Below are positions 12,989 to 25,758 of a stretch of DNA of 64,000 nt, in pieces. Position numbers and translations under genes: made by a program. The stretch's first letter is position 1. Each line of letters starts with the position of its first letter. The DNA comes from Octopus sinensis (lineage: Eukaryota). The DNA is taken from NCBI RefSeq assembly GCF_006345805.1, contig NC_043007.1, positions 48,732,001 through 48,796,000 on the forward strand, given 5' to 3'. A model generated the notes under the pieces. It made no database searches and was not told the origin of the DNA. It was given only the letters and a program-made list of their open reading frames with translations.

Positions 12989-13558
12989 TATATATATATA
13001 TATATAGACACACACACGTATTCGTATATATACATACATATAATGGTCTCTTCTGTTGAAGATACTTACAAGTGCACAGTTGTTCAATCAATTGAACAAT
13101 CTATTCATTAAATCAAAGACACATGAACACATTTGCTCAGTATGACAAAATGTGACAAGCCTCGACTTTTGAATAACAGAGAAGTCTTTATGGTGGGCTT
13201 CGACACAATTTCCATCTGCTTAGTGGTTAAAAAACAAACAATTCATCCATGTGTGTGTGTGTATGTTAGATTACTGTCATTTATCAAATTTATCTCTATA
13301 TGTTTTATATGTTAGTCACTTATCTCAGTGTGTGTTTGTGTAGATTGTGTGCATGTGTGCTTCACAGGTGTCTCTTAATTATTTCATTCTCTCTCTTTCT
13401 CACCTCACAATTCCCTAACACTCTCTCTTGCTCACTTCATATTCCTTCTCACACCACATACTATTCTTCTCACATTCTCTCGTCCTTTGCTCCTCTCTCT
13501 CCTTCTCTCTCTACCCCCTCTCTCTCCCTCTCTGACACAGTTTTTATCTTTATCTTAG

Positions 13559-13637
13559 TGGCATGATGATAAAAAGGACCAACTTGCTTTGACATTTGGA
13601 AATTTCATGGAGAATTTTCTACAGAAACTTGTCCCTG
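13559..13637 (+). CDS. COQ6: COQ6 coding exon
   Basis: tcttag|TGG...CCTG|gtaaat, 79 bp, phase 0/1, after a polypyrimidine tract. WHDDKKDQLALTFGNFMENFLQKLVP(G) fills the gap between the flanking conserved exons; similarity here is weak. Confidence 0.82.
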
Positions 13638-13719
13638 GTAAATCAGTTCTTTATTTTCACTTTAATTTGCCTCAAATCACCAAGCTAGATAGTATTTCTG
13701 CTAATTATTAGACAGACAG

Positions 13720-13752
<33 letters not shown>

Positions 13753-14244
13753 TACACACACATGCACATACACACACACACACTCATATATATATATATA
13801 TACACACACATGTATTTACATACACATCAAAAAGAAGGAACTAAGGTTCCTTCTCAAACCATTGGCCATAAGGCCAGTTTCTCAGATTCTGTGGCATACG
13901 CACTCCCCTCCTGGATTGGACGCCAATCAGTGGCACAATTATTCTCCTTTGCCATCTGAGTGAACTGGAGCAACGTGAAATGAAGTGTTTTGCTCCAGAA
14001 CACAACAGCATCATCTCATGCAAGAATCAAAGCTACTACCTTACAATCATGTGTGCAACCCCATGACTATTGAATCACACACCAAACACACACACACATA
14101 TAGTATGTGTATAGTCTCTCTTAAATCATTTACTGCTTTATTTTTACATTCATATATCTCAAATCACTAAGCTGAGTAGTATTTCTGGTATTTCTTATAC
14201 ATACATATTTATATGTATGTGTATGTACGTATATATATATCTCA

Positions 14245-17200
14245 ACATCATCATCATCGTTTAACATCCAGTTTCCATGCTGGCATGAGTTGGATGGTTT
14301 GACAGAGGTCTAGAGAGCCAGCAGCTGCACCAGGCTTTAATCTGATCTGGCAGAGTTTCTACAGCTGGATGCCCTTCCTAATGCCAACCACTCCAAGAGT
14401 GTAGTGGGTGCTTTTTACATGTCACCAGCACAGGAATCACTCAGGCAGGCCTGGCATCAATCACATTCAAATAGTGCTTTTTTTACATTCCACCAGCAGA
14501 GGAGCCAGTCAGTGGGTACTGGCATCAGTCATATTAGGATGGTGCTTTTTACGTGCTACCAGGACAGGGACCAGTAAGGTGGTCCTGGCATCGATCACAT
14601 TCGGATAGTGCTTTTTACATTCAACCAGCACAGGAGCCAGTCAGCGGGTACTGGTATTGGCCACATTCAGATGGTGCTTTTTATATGTCACTGGCACAGG
14701 GACCAGTCAGATAGTCCTGGGATCGATCACATTCAGATAGTGTTTTTTATGTACCACTGGCACAGGAGCCTGTCAAGTAGACCTGGCATCGACCATGTTT
14801 GGATAGTGCTTTTTACATGCCACCGGCACAGGAGCCAGTCGGGGCACTGGCCACAGCAATGATTTTGGTTTTACTTGACTCAACAGGTCTTCTCAAGCAT
14901 ATCATATTGCCCGGTGCATCAGGGGTACTCTTAACATGGGCAGACATGCATGACTGCGATCTCACTTAATTTGGCAGGTCTTCTCAATCACAGCATATTG
15001 CCATATTGCCAGTCTCCTATCATTGCCTATGTGAGGCCCAATGGTTGAAGGTCATGCTTCACTACCTCATCCAATGACTTCTTGGGTCTACGTCTTCCAC
15101 AGTTAGGGAGTGACACTTCCTCACACAGCTGTCCTGATCCATATGTAATACATGACCATACCAGAACAGTCGTCTCTCTTGCACACCACATTTGATGCTT
15201 CTTATGCCCAACTTTTCTCTCAGGGCGCTTACACTCTGTCGTGTATGCACACTGATATTACACATCCAGTGGATCATATTAGCTTCATTTCTTTCAAGCC
15301 TATGCATGTCCTCAGCAGTCATGGTCTATGTTTCACTGCCGTGTAGCATGGCAGTTTGCACACATGCATCATACAGTCTACTTTTCATCCTGAGCAAGAG
15401 GCCCTTAGTTGCCAGCAAAAGTAGGAGCTCCCTGAACTTTGCCCAGGCTATTCTTATTCTAGCTGCTACACTCTCAGGGCAACCACCCCCACTACAGACT
15501 TGGTTCCTAGGTAGCGGAAGCTATTAACTACTTCTAGTTTCTCCCCCTGACATGTGATGGAATCTGTTTTCTAAACATCTTCAGTGTTTATTGCCCCAGA
15601 GCATCTGCCACACACAAAACTATCTTCCCGGTTAACCTTCCTTTGATATTGCTGCACCTCTTATGCATCTATAGCTTACACCGGGTACATCGTATAGAGT
15701 TTCTACCCACACCTTTTCTGCAGATCAAGCAGGGCCATCTACCTAAAGGGGTTTGTGATTTGATGGCCTTCGTACTTACTAAGACTTTGGTTTTTGCTAT
15801 ATTAACCCTAAGGCCCTTCGATTCTGGACCTTGCTTCCACACCCTAAACTTCGTCTCTAGTTCTGGTAGTGACTCGGCTATTAGAGCAATGTCATCAGCA
15901 GAGAGGAGCTCCCAGGGGCAGCCTGCCTTGAATTCCTCTGTTATTGCCTGGAGGATTATAATGAATAAGAGGGAGCTGAGGAGTGATCCTTGATGATCCT
16001 ATTTCTACTTGGAATTCTTCACTATGCTTGTTGCGAACCCTCACCTTACTGACAGCATCCCTGTTCAGGGCTTGTACAGCTCTTACCAACCACTTGTCTA
16101 TTCTCAGTTTCCACATGGACCACCAGATAAGGGATTGGGAGAGGCTGTCAAAAGCTTTCTCCAGGTCAACAAAAGCCAAGTACAGAGGTTTATCTTTGGC
16201 TAGATATTTCTCCAGTAGTTGCCTTACCAGAAGTATAGTATCAGTGGTGCTTCTACATGGCACAAAACCCAACTGCATCTCATCAAGGCTAAGTCTCTCC
16301 CTAATTAGTTGGGCTATGACCCTCTCTGTAACTTTCATCACCTGAACCAATAATTTGATACTCCTGTAATTATTTCTATCTAAAGCATCACCTTTACCCT
16401 TGTAGCAGTTGACTATGGTGCTGCTACACCTGTCATTGGGTATGACTCTTTCATGAACTACCTGATTTACGATGTGAGTGACAAGATCATAACCCACACC
16501 ACCTGATATTTGAAGCATCTCAGCAGTGATTCCTGATGGGCCAGGTGCTTTCCCTGTCTTCATATCCTTAATTGCTTTATCTACCAGGGTGCTGTCTATT
16601 TGGGTAGCTGGTCCCTCAGTTGGGTCGACCTTTGGCAGACTCTCCTCCTCCCATTCATTTTCCATATTCAGCAGTCTTTCAGAATGGCATCTCCAAGCCT
16701 CTTTCTTTGCAGAATCATTAAATGCAAGTGAACCATCATCCATACGCACACTTTTCTCTCTTGTGACATCATGGTTTTCTCTCACACACTGTCTTGCAAT
16801 CCAAAATACTTCACTTCTTTGGTTCTCCTGTCACTGAACATTGGCAAACTTCTTCTTTACTGCTACTCTCTTGGCTATATATACCTGTCTGCTAGCTTCC
16901 CTATTGGCTATCTGTTACATTCTCCTGCTACCCCCACTCTTCCAGACCTTCCAAGCTTGTTTCTTTGCTCTAATGGCCCGCTACAGTATTGTTCCACTAC
17001 CATGTTACCCTAGGTCTGGAAGGGACTTTGCACCAGCCACAGATTTGGTCTGTGACACTCAGCAAGCTGTCTCACAGGAATTCCCAGCTGCCTTCTATGT
17101 CACAGAATTGTAGCTCCTCCTCCTTATCATCAAATTTCTCAGTAAGGTTTCCCTGAATCTCTGACCATGTGAAGGGTTCTTAAGCCTCCAAGTCCTCCTT

Positions 17201-17670
17201 TTCCAGATTGGTCTGCTTTTTGACATCCTTCCGGTCACGAGTCTAAAGTTACTAATGACTAGTCTATGCTAGGGGGTACATTCTTCACCAGGGAAGGTCT
17301 TTGTATTTAAGAGCATCTGTGCATCCTGCTGTTTGGTGAGAATGAAATCAATCTGGCTAGCAGAATCACCTGATTGAAAGGTTAGCAGGTGGCTAGCTGG
17401 CTTCCTGTAGTTGGTGTTGCAGATCAATAGGTTATTTTATCACAGAACTCCTGGAGCCTTATTCTCTCTTCTTATCTGATACCAACTCCATGGCCTCCAT
17501 GTACACCATGGTAGATACCAGGTTGCTGTCTGACATGCCCATTAAAATCTCCAGCCAAAAAGATGAAATCATTGTCACCTGTCTTCAAGGTAGCCTGCAG
17601 AAAAATATCATGAAAGTGATCCTTCTGTTCATTTGGCAGGCCTGCTTGTGGTGTGTAGGCAGAAATGATT
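14245..17670 (-). mobile_element. RTE-clade LINE, 5'-truncated, degenerate (APE endonuclease part, RT, long 3' UTR with about 60-bp subrepeats and (GAT)n tail)
   Basis: IISAYTPQAGL...FLAGDFNGHV (APE); KAPGPSGITAEML, NYRSIKLL and AFVDLEKAFD (RT); RRLFWYGHVLHM (C-terminus). It is contiguous with the 3' UTR repeat at 14245-15060. Confidence 0.92.
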
Positions 17671-18018
17671 GTTGCTACTAAAGACACAAGGCCTGCAATT
17701 TTAGAGAAGGGTATTAGTCAATTACATCGACCCCAGTGTTTCACTGGTACTTTATTTATCAACCCTGATAGGATGGAAGGTAAAGTTGATCTCATCAGAA
17801 TTTGAACTTAGAACATAAACATGGACAAAATGCCACTAAGCATTTTGCTTGGTATGCTAACGATTCTGCCAGTTTGCCACCTTTGTTTGAAAGTAATATT
17901 GGAACTGTGAATGGTTTAGTTGATCTGTTTGCCAGAAATCCCTGAAATACTTACTTCATGTGAGATATGACATAATTTAAAATATATGTTTAATGGACCC
18001 TTTTCTTTCTGTTAAAAG

Positions 18019-18145
18019 GAGGAGGTGGTTCTTTGAGACAAATGCCACCAACAATTTCCAATGTTGATGAAGGATCACGTGCCTTGTTCCCCTTAGCTAT
18101 GAATGTTGCCTCATATTTTGTCCGACAAGGAGTTGCCTTAATTGG
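18019..18145 (+). CDS. COQ6: COQ6 coding exon
   Basis: taaaag|GA...ATTGG|gtaagt, 127 bp, phase 1/2. GGGSLRQMPPTISNVDEGSRALFPLAMNVASYFVRQGVALIG. The exact acceptor could shift by 3 or 6 nt (AAG-GAG-GAG). Confidence 0.92.
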
Positions 18146-18229
18146 GTAAGTATTTCTTACTTTCTACCAGATCAACCATTCATAAGACAGGCATACGTAC
18201 ATATACCTACACTTACATGTTGTATCAAT

Positions 18230-18535
18230 ATACTCCATTGGATGTGCAACATCACTGCGCATGTACAACAAAGTACAAATGTATTAAGAGAAAAGTTGGG
18301 CATAAGAGGAATCAAATGTAGCATGCAAGAGAGAAGACTCCATTGGTTTTGACATGTGATGTGTATGAATGAGGACAGCTGCATAAAGAAGTGCCGATCA
18401 CTGAAAGTGGATGGTATCCAGGAAGATATGGGCTGTAGTGGTAAGGACCGATCTCAGGATGTTGGGCCTCACAGAGGAAATGACAATGGACTGAGATGTC
18501 TGGTGATATGAAGTTCTTGAGAAGACCTGCCCACA
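18230..18535 (+). mobile_element. RTE C-terminal fragment (similar fragment at about 59210-59680)
   Basis: WMCNIT...LREKLGIRGIKCSMQERRLHW matches the C-terminus of the 14245-17670 element. Confidence 0.75.
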
Positions 18536-18991
18536 TCATTGAAACTGAGTTCTAGAAGCACTGTGTCACAGCCACACGTAGCAAGAAAACTTCTCACACA
18601 CCCTACCACAACAACCCAAACTACATCTCTTCTTCACATTTCCACTTCATGCACTATGCTTATCTCCCACACACCAATCCTGTACTCTTGGCTCTGTGCC
18701 ACTGTATCATTGCTCTCTGCTAGCCCCCAACTTGTGTGCTCCACCCACATGCCCTGTCTCAATGTTTCATTGCTATCTGCTAGCCCCCCCCCCATCAACA
18801 TGTGTGTTCCACCTACATGTAACAAGTAAACTTTTCACACACCCTACCCCAACAACCCAACCTACATCTCTACGTTTCTTCTCTTCCTCACATTTCCTCC
18901 TTCATACACTATACCTAACTCTTACTCCCCAATCTTGTCCTCATGGCCCTGTTCCTCTGTATCATTGCTATCCGGTAGACCCCCCCCCCAA

Positions 18992-19049
<58 letters not shown>

Positions 19050-19051
<2 letters not shown>

Positions 19052-19500
19052 TTGTGGTACCAGTGCCGGTGGCACACAAGAAAACCATCCGAACGTGGCC
19101 GTAGCCAGTACCGCATCGACTAGCCTCCGTGCTGTGGGCACGTAACAAACACCATCTGATCGTGGCCGTTCGCCAGCCTCATCTGGCACCTGTGTTGGTG
19201 GCACATAAAAACACCATTCGAGCGTGGCCGTCTGCCAGCCTCGTCTGCGACCTGTGTCGGTGGCACATAAAAAACACCATCCGAGCATGGCCATTCGCCA
19301 GCCTCGTCTGGCACCTGTGTCGGTGGCACATAAAATCACCCACTACACTCTCGGAGTGGTTGGCGTTAGGAAGGGCATCCAGCTGTAGAAACACTGCCAG
19401 ATCTGACTGGCCTGGTGCAGCCTTCGGGCTCCCCAGACCCCAGTTGAACCGTCCAACCCATGCTAGCATGGAAAACGGACGCTAAATGATGATGATGATG
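19050..19500 (+). mobile_element. RTE 3' UTR-derived repeat, same subfamily as 6331-6800
   Basis: About 95% identical by eye to the reverse complement of 6340-6800; ends in (GAT)n. Confidence 0.88.
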
Positions 19501-20172
19501 ATATATATATTAGAAGGTTTGGAGATGATGTACAGGTATTTTATATTAGAAGAAATGAGGTACTCAGAAATTTGGATGGTTTTTATTTACAGATATTTAT
19601 TTGTATATTACATGTTTTTATACATCATATAACTTATATCATATATTCGCGCTTTCTTCCATTCTAGTGAGGTTTTCAAATCGAACTAAGTTCCTGTGAA
19701 AAAATTTTTACCATTTTATAGTGTTATTGAGCATGTAGTGGTGGGGAGGGATATAAGATAGTACAAGAGGGTGATGAATGGGGAGAAAGTGAGAGAGAGT
19801 ATGTATGTGTGTATGTGTGTGTTTTTGTATCTGAAAGAAGTGTTAGGAAGAAAGGGGAGGGAAAGTAGACCATAAATTATATTTCCTTTTTATCATTGTC
19901 TTGTGAGAGTGTGTGTGTTTAAGGAGGAATGGTCAAGTTGTTAAGAGTAATCAGTGCCACTTTTGTTTTTATTTTTTTGCAACTATAAATGGTTTTTGGT
20001 TTTTAGAAATTGGCCATTTCAAAGAAGAATTGTCTGGACTTCTTTTTATTATTGTTTTGTGAAGGTGTGTGTGGGGGTGGTGGTGCCTGTGAGTCTGGAA
20101 CGGGTGTCGTTGGAGAAGGGAAGAAAGAAGAAAAAGAGGAAGAAGAAATAATTGTGTTGATATTTATATCAC

Positions 20173-20212
<40 letters not shown>

Positions 20213-20617
20213 CTAAATGCTACACTATGTTTGTTGAATTATAAATTGAAAGATTTGTCCTTCAATGTATGATGAGCAAAATTTCATAAGGTCCATACTT
20301 GAAAAAGAGACTTTCTTGAAGTTACAGATGACAGAATACAAACTGACAACCACTAAGTCTGTTGTCTGATCTTCAATTGATTTAGTCTAATATCTCACTA
20401 ATTGACAGCTAAATAAATATTAAGTTTTATCATACAGGAGCAACTGGTTCCTCAAATAAAAGTAAAATGGTTTCATTCAAATATTAGAATATCCTTTGTT
20501 CAATGTTGTATTTTCAAAAACCAAAACACATATGTAGAACTGTGTTTGTGTGTGTTTAATACAGTTTACTTTACAAATTTGGTCCTTCATCTAGTACAGC
20601 TTATTATAGAGATATTT

Positions 20618-23600
20618 TCAGCCATTCAATTTGGGGGAGAACTTAGTTATGAAATATTTTTCCATATTCCTCCTGAAGGAGGTGTCATTCTTTGGACATT
20701 TGTAGAAGGGAAAGATCTTAAATTTTCCTTCTCCACATGTATCTAGGTGTTTACTCAGTGGTATCTTGCGCAGTTCCTCCTGTCGGACATGTTGTCGGTG
20801 AATCCTGGCTTGTTGGCATAAAGAATTTCCAGTTTCACCTATGTAATCCTCCTTGCACGTAGTGCAGGTTATGCAGTATATTACATTCTGTGTCTTGCAG
20901 TTCATATCTGCATTTATTTTGAATATGTGACCACTTTTAAATTTCATTTCTTTGTCTCTCTATGTATTTTAGGTGGGGTTACTGCAGATCCCACATCTAC
21001 CATTTCCGTACTCTTTTACAAAGAATTCAGTTTTAGTTTCTGATGAGAATTTTGCTCTTGTTAGCTGTTTCTTTAGGTTTTTGTCTTGTCGTCTACTGCT
21101 TTTTATGCAATATTTGTTTAGTGTTTTCCATTTTGGGGCTTTGTAAGACTATTGGTAGGTTTGAATGTATGATTTGGAACATGTTGGTAACTCCAGGGTT
21201 GTGTGTGTTTATGAAAGGGATAATGTTTTCTTTGTTTTTTGTTTTGGGTGTCCTGAGTTGTGTGATGTCTAGTTTCATTGCTCTTGAGATTCCATTTTTT
21301 ATTAGTTTAAGGGGGTATTTTTGTTCTAGTAGGAAATTTTAAAGTTCATCTAGTCTTATTAGGCGTGTTTGTGAGTCAGTTACTATGCTGCATATGCGTC
21401 TTGCCATACTATATGGGATGTTTCTTTTTATGTGGGATGCGTGGCAGGAGTAGAAATTTAAATATTGGTGTGTGTCGTTTTTTTTGTAGTGGATGTCTGT
21501 TGTGATGATGGAGTTGTGTATCTTGATGTTGATGTCTAGAAAGGGAAGGCTGGTATCTATTGTGAAGTTGATAGATGGGTGCAGCGTGTTGAGGATGTTG
21601 TGGAATGTTCGTAGGTCTTCTGATCTGTTCCAAAAGATGAAGCCGTCATCGAGGTAGCGTTTCCACTTTTACTTGATGTCTTCTCTGAAGTCATGTTCAA
21701 AGACTTTCCCTATTTCATCGTATAGTTTGTTCTCAAGGAAACCCATCACCAGGTTGGCATATGAAGGTGCGAATTTTGTACCCATAGCCGTGCCCTTTAT
21801 CTGTCGGTATGTCTTGTTGTTGAATGAGAATGTATTTTCTTCGAGTATTAATTGGGTGGCTTGGGTGATAAAGTCTGTCTTGAAACGTTCGTCTATGAGT
21901 TACCTGTATTTTTCTACCGATTGTTTTATTGCTTCCAGACTTAGGGTGTATGGTATGTTCATGTATAGGTTTGTGACATCGAAGCTTGCAAGTATGGTGT
22001 TTTTCGGAACTGTATTTGGAATGTGTGTGAGGAAGTCTATGTCATCCCTTATGTAGCTTGGTATGTGTGGGCATAAAGGTTCGAGGAGTACATCTATGAA
22101 GTGGCTTAGTTGTTGTGTTGGTACCTGGGATCCTGCCACTATTGGTCTCATTGTGAGGTCTGCAGACCTTTGTATTCTTATATAGTGGTTCCTCTGTTCC
22201 TTTGTGGCTCTCTGTATTTCAGAGCTTTTATGAATTTTAGGTAATCCATAAAAGTTGCTATCTTTGGTTCTTGAGTTGCATAGATAATCTTTCTCCTTAT
22301 CTGTAAAGGAGTCCTGGTATTCATTGACTAATGTTCTAATTTTTTTTATTGTTGTTTTCTCCGGTTTTGTTGGTTCCTCTTTATAGGATGTCTGGTTGTT
22401 AAGCAACTCCAGTATCTTTTCTTTGTAGTAATCTGTATCCATCATTACTATTGCTCCACCTTTGTCAGCTTCTTGTCATTTTTTAGTTTTTGTAAGGCTT
22501 GTTTTTCTCCTCTGCGAAGGTTCTGTTTGCATTTGTGTGTGTTGAGAGGGAATTTGGAGATTGTCTCTATGTATGTGTCTAGGTGTTTGTCACTTCCCTT
22601 GTAAGGGGTGAAATGGGTTTTTTTCTTATGATTGAGTTATCTACTGTTTCTTTATTTTCAAAGAATTCCATAAGGCGGAGGTGGTGGCTGAAGTTGTCTA
22701 TATCAGTTTTTAGTTCTATGAGATTTGGAGTGGGTGTGGGTGTAAATTTGAGGCCTTTTAGTAGTAGGTTCATTTCATTTTCGTTAAGTTCTCTTTTAGA
22801 TAGGTTTATTATTTTGGGGTCTATGTGATTTGTGTGTTCATTCGGAATTTTTGGTGTATTGGGTCTGGAGTATGGTTGAAGTATCCTTTCCTTAAAAAAG
22901 GGGTTGTGTTGTTGCATCTCCAAATTCCATTTTCAGTTCTTAGGTTTTCTTGTAGTAGTAGGGGTGGTCTGTATGGTATGTATGTGTTGTTTTGTCTTTG
23001 GTAGTTGTTTTCTTCCCATCTTCTGTGTTTGTTGAGCCAATTTCTATTACTGGGGTTCAGGTTTCTTTGTGGGTAGGTGGATGGTTCATGTTTTGTGTTT
23101 GTATTGTATTGATAGTGGGGGTTGTTTTTTATCCATCTTGTAAATTTGTGGGGTCGCATAGGGTTGGTGTTTGTATGGTTTGGATTTCTTCAATGTTTGT
23201 TGTAGGTTGTGTGTTGATTTCTATCCACTTGTTTATTGTTCCATGTGTGTGTCCATTTAGGATGTCCAGTGTTATGTGTTGGTGGTTGTTCATATTCTGT
23301 TTGTTCTCTCCAAGTGTTATAGGTTGTTGGTTGTATGTATCATGCTCGTCTTGCTGCTTGTGTGTTTGTCTTTGTAGGGTTTTGGGTTGATGGTCGTCTT
23401 TCATATTTTGTGTGTCTGTTTATTGGGAGATTCGGCAGTGTAAGGAGCGGGTTTTTGGTTTGTATTTGGTAGGGCTTATTTGGATGTCTGGGAGTCCAAT
23501 ATGTTCATGATGTTGGTTTGTTTATCTTTTCATTTGTTTTGGTAGTTTTTTTGTCTTCATAATTGATTTTTCCCCATAGTTCTTTTCGTAGTTTAAAAAC

Positions 23601-24050
23601 TACTCCTGTTGTTTGGTCCACATAATTCTGGATCTTTCCTCCTCTCATTTGGTATCCTCTTTCCATAATTGTTGTAGTTTTTCTTTGTTTTGGTTATTGT
23701 TCCTTTCTGTTATTTTGGCCATTATGACAGTATCAATTGTTTTAATTTTATCTTCCTGGTGTAAACTTTGTGTTTGTGGAAGGGAAATTTCCGTTTCTAG
23801 TCGGCAAAGGGCTAGGTTTGCATGTATTGTTGTTTCTTCTAATGTTTCACCTCTTATTTCTTTGATAAGGAATTTTCTAGGGAGTATTGGATTCTTCATG
23901 TCCCACCAGTTTTGGTATATGTTAGCTATGTTCTTACATCATATGCTTTTCCAATAAGCATGTTTACGTTGGTTTAGAAGTTTGTTCCAGTCTTGGGGGT
24001 TTTGAAGGTTTTTCTTGGTTTGTGTCAGTTTTTGTTTCGTCATTTGTTGT
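20618..24050 (-). mobile_element. Penelope-like retroelement, near full-length, degenerate (RT + GIY-YIG endonuclease)
   Basis: Minus-strand fragments include FYGLPKIHK...MRPIVAG, LASFDVTNLY, GTAMGTKFAPSYANL and WKRYLDDGF (PLE RT), plus NVIYCITCTTCKEDYIGETG (GIY-YIG) ending at 20618. Multiple frameshifts and stops are present. Confidence 0.92.
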
Positions 24051-24968
24051 CCTTTGTGATTGGGGTGGTCCCGTCAAAAGATTTGTGTTGTCAGTTGTGT
24101 TTGCTTGATTATTTTTAGAGAGAATATTTTGTGTTTGGATCATATTTATTGTTAAAGCAATGTTTGCAAAGATTGTATCTCTTTATGGATCTGATATTAA
24201 ACCATCCATTCTGATGTCTTGTACATCCAAATAAATATATTAGAAGGTTTGGAGGTTATATATATATACACACCCAGGCTTTTGCTACTCACTCCCCACT
24301 TCCACACACTTTAACCAAGCTTCTTTCACAATATCCTACCACTTATATTACGGCATTCGAACCTGAAGGCACTTGTCACCATCTATATCTCTCTCTTCCT
24401 TTACTCAACCATCCTATTTATATTCTGATCCCTGTCCCTTGTGAGTATGCTCAGCACTTTGCCACCATCTCTATCTTGCTGTCTCCTACTCTCTCTCTTC
24501 TTCTCCTGCACTTCCCTCAGGATGAGTAACAACATCTTTCATCTGCAGCAGTGCACTTGTTTCTGACTTCATTTCTGATCTGTCTCTCTCTCTCCCCCTC
24601 CCCCCACCCAGGCAACCTTGTATCTCCTCTACAGCAAGACACCTGTTTCTATCTCTCTGTCTCACTATAACCTTTCCGACACAATATCACCTCCTCCAAT
24701 GCCCCCTCCCTCTCAAAAGAGATTTTTTTTTCTTTGTCTTGCAAGTACTTGGTGACCCTGTCAGTGCAGGTGCCACTTAAAAGCACGCAGACCATACTCT
24801 AAAGTGGTTGGTGTTTGGAAGGGCATCCAGCTGTAAAAATCCTGCCAAAAGAAGTCTGATGCAGGCTTCTACTTGGCCGGCTCTTGTCAAACTGTCCCAC
24901 CCATGCCAGCATAGAAGGCAGACATTAAACAATTATGATGATATATATATATATGTGTGTGTGTGTGT

Positions 24969-25171
24969 GTTAAGTGCACAACTAAAGGAGACACTTAGGT
25001 TGTGCCTGTTAAATAGATGCTTGTATCTATGAGTGTGTGTGTGTGTGTGTGTGAAATAAATAAATAAATATATATATATATAAATAAAAAATATATATAT
25101 ATATAAATAAATAAATATATTATATATATATATATGAATAAATATATATATATATATGAATAAATAAATAT

Positions 25172-25221
<50 letters not shown>

Positions 25222-25315
25222 CATATATATTTATTTATTTCACACACACACACATAGATACAAGCATTTATTTAACAGGAACAATCTAAGTGTCTCCTTT
25301 AGTTGTGCACTTAAC
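24969..25315. repeat. Inverted repeat (about 90-100-bp arms) around a (TA)/(TAAA) tract
   Basis: GTTAAGTGCACAACTAAAGGAGACACTTAG... at 24969 is the reverse complement of ...CTAAGTGTCTCCTTTAGTTGTGCACTTAAC ending at 25315, with about 4 mismatches. Confidence 0.85.
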
Positions 25316-25758
25316 ATAAAAAGCATTTTAACAAGCACCCACAAAACAAGGAGTAGGCAGGTTGCTCTTGCAGAGTAAGCAATAACTGTCCAATAGGAGG
25401 CTGATGCAAGGTGGTAACTGACAACCCCAGATGATGGACAAACCATTATTATCAACATCAGTAGAGTGACTGGCCCCACACCATATGTTACCAGCAGTAC
25501 AATCATCACAGCTAGAGATGGTGACCAATCCGGGACCAGCAACACAGAGGAGGAAACCAGGGTCCCCAGTACTACCACCTCAGACAATGACAGACGGACG
25601 GAGTGAGTGTGTGTGTGTGTGTGTGTGTTTGAAGTGATGTACAGATATTGTATATTAAGAAAAAGGAGGCAGTCAGAATTTTGGATAATTGTTTATTAGT
25701 ACTTTCGTCCATTCATGGAGACTTTCTGAAGAGTTGGCCACCTTTTTCTTAAAATATA

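Noticed and set aside
19660-19700. CTAGTGA-GGTT..AATC-GAAC, a faint hammerhead resemblance near the Penelope flank
   Set aside because: The core is scrambled, there is no GAAA, and no stem I complementarity.
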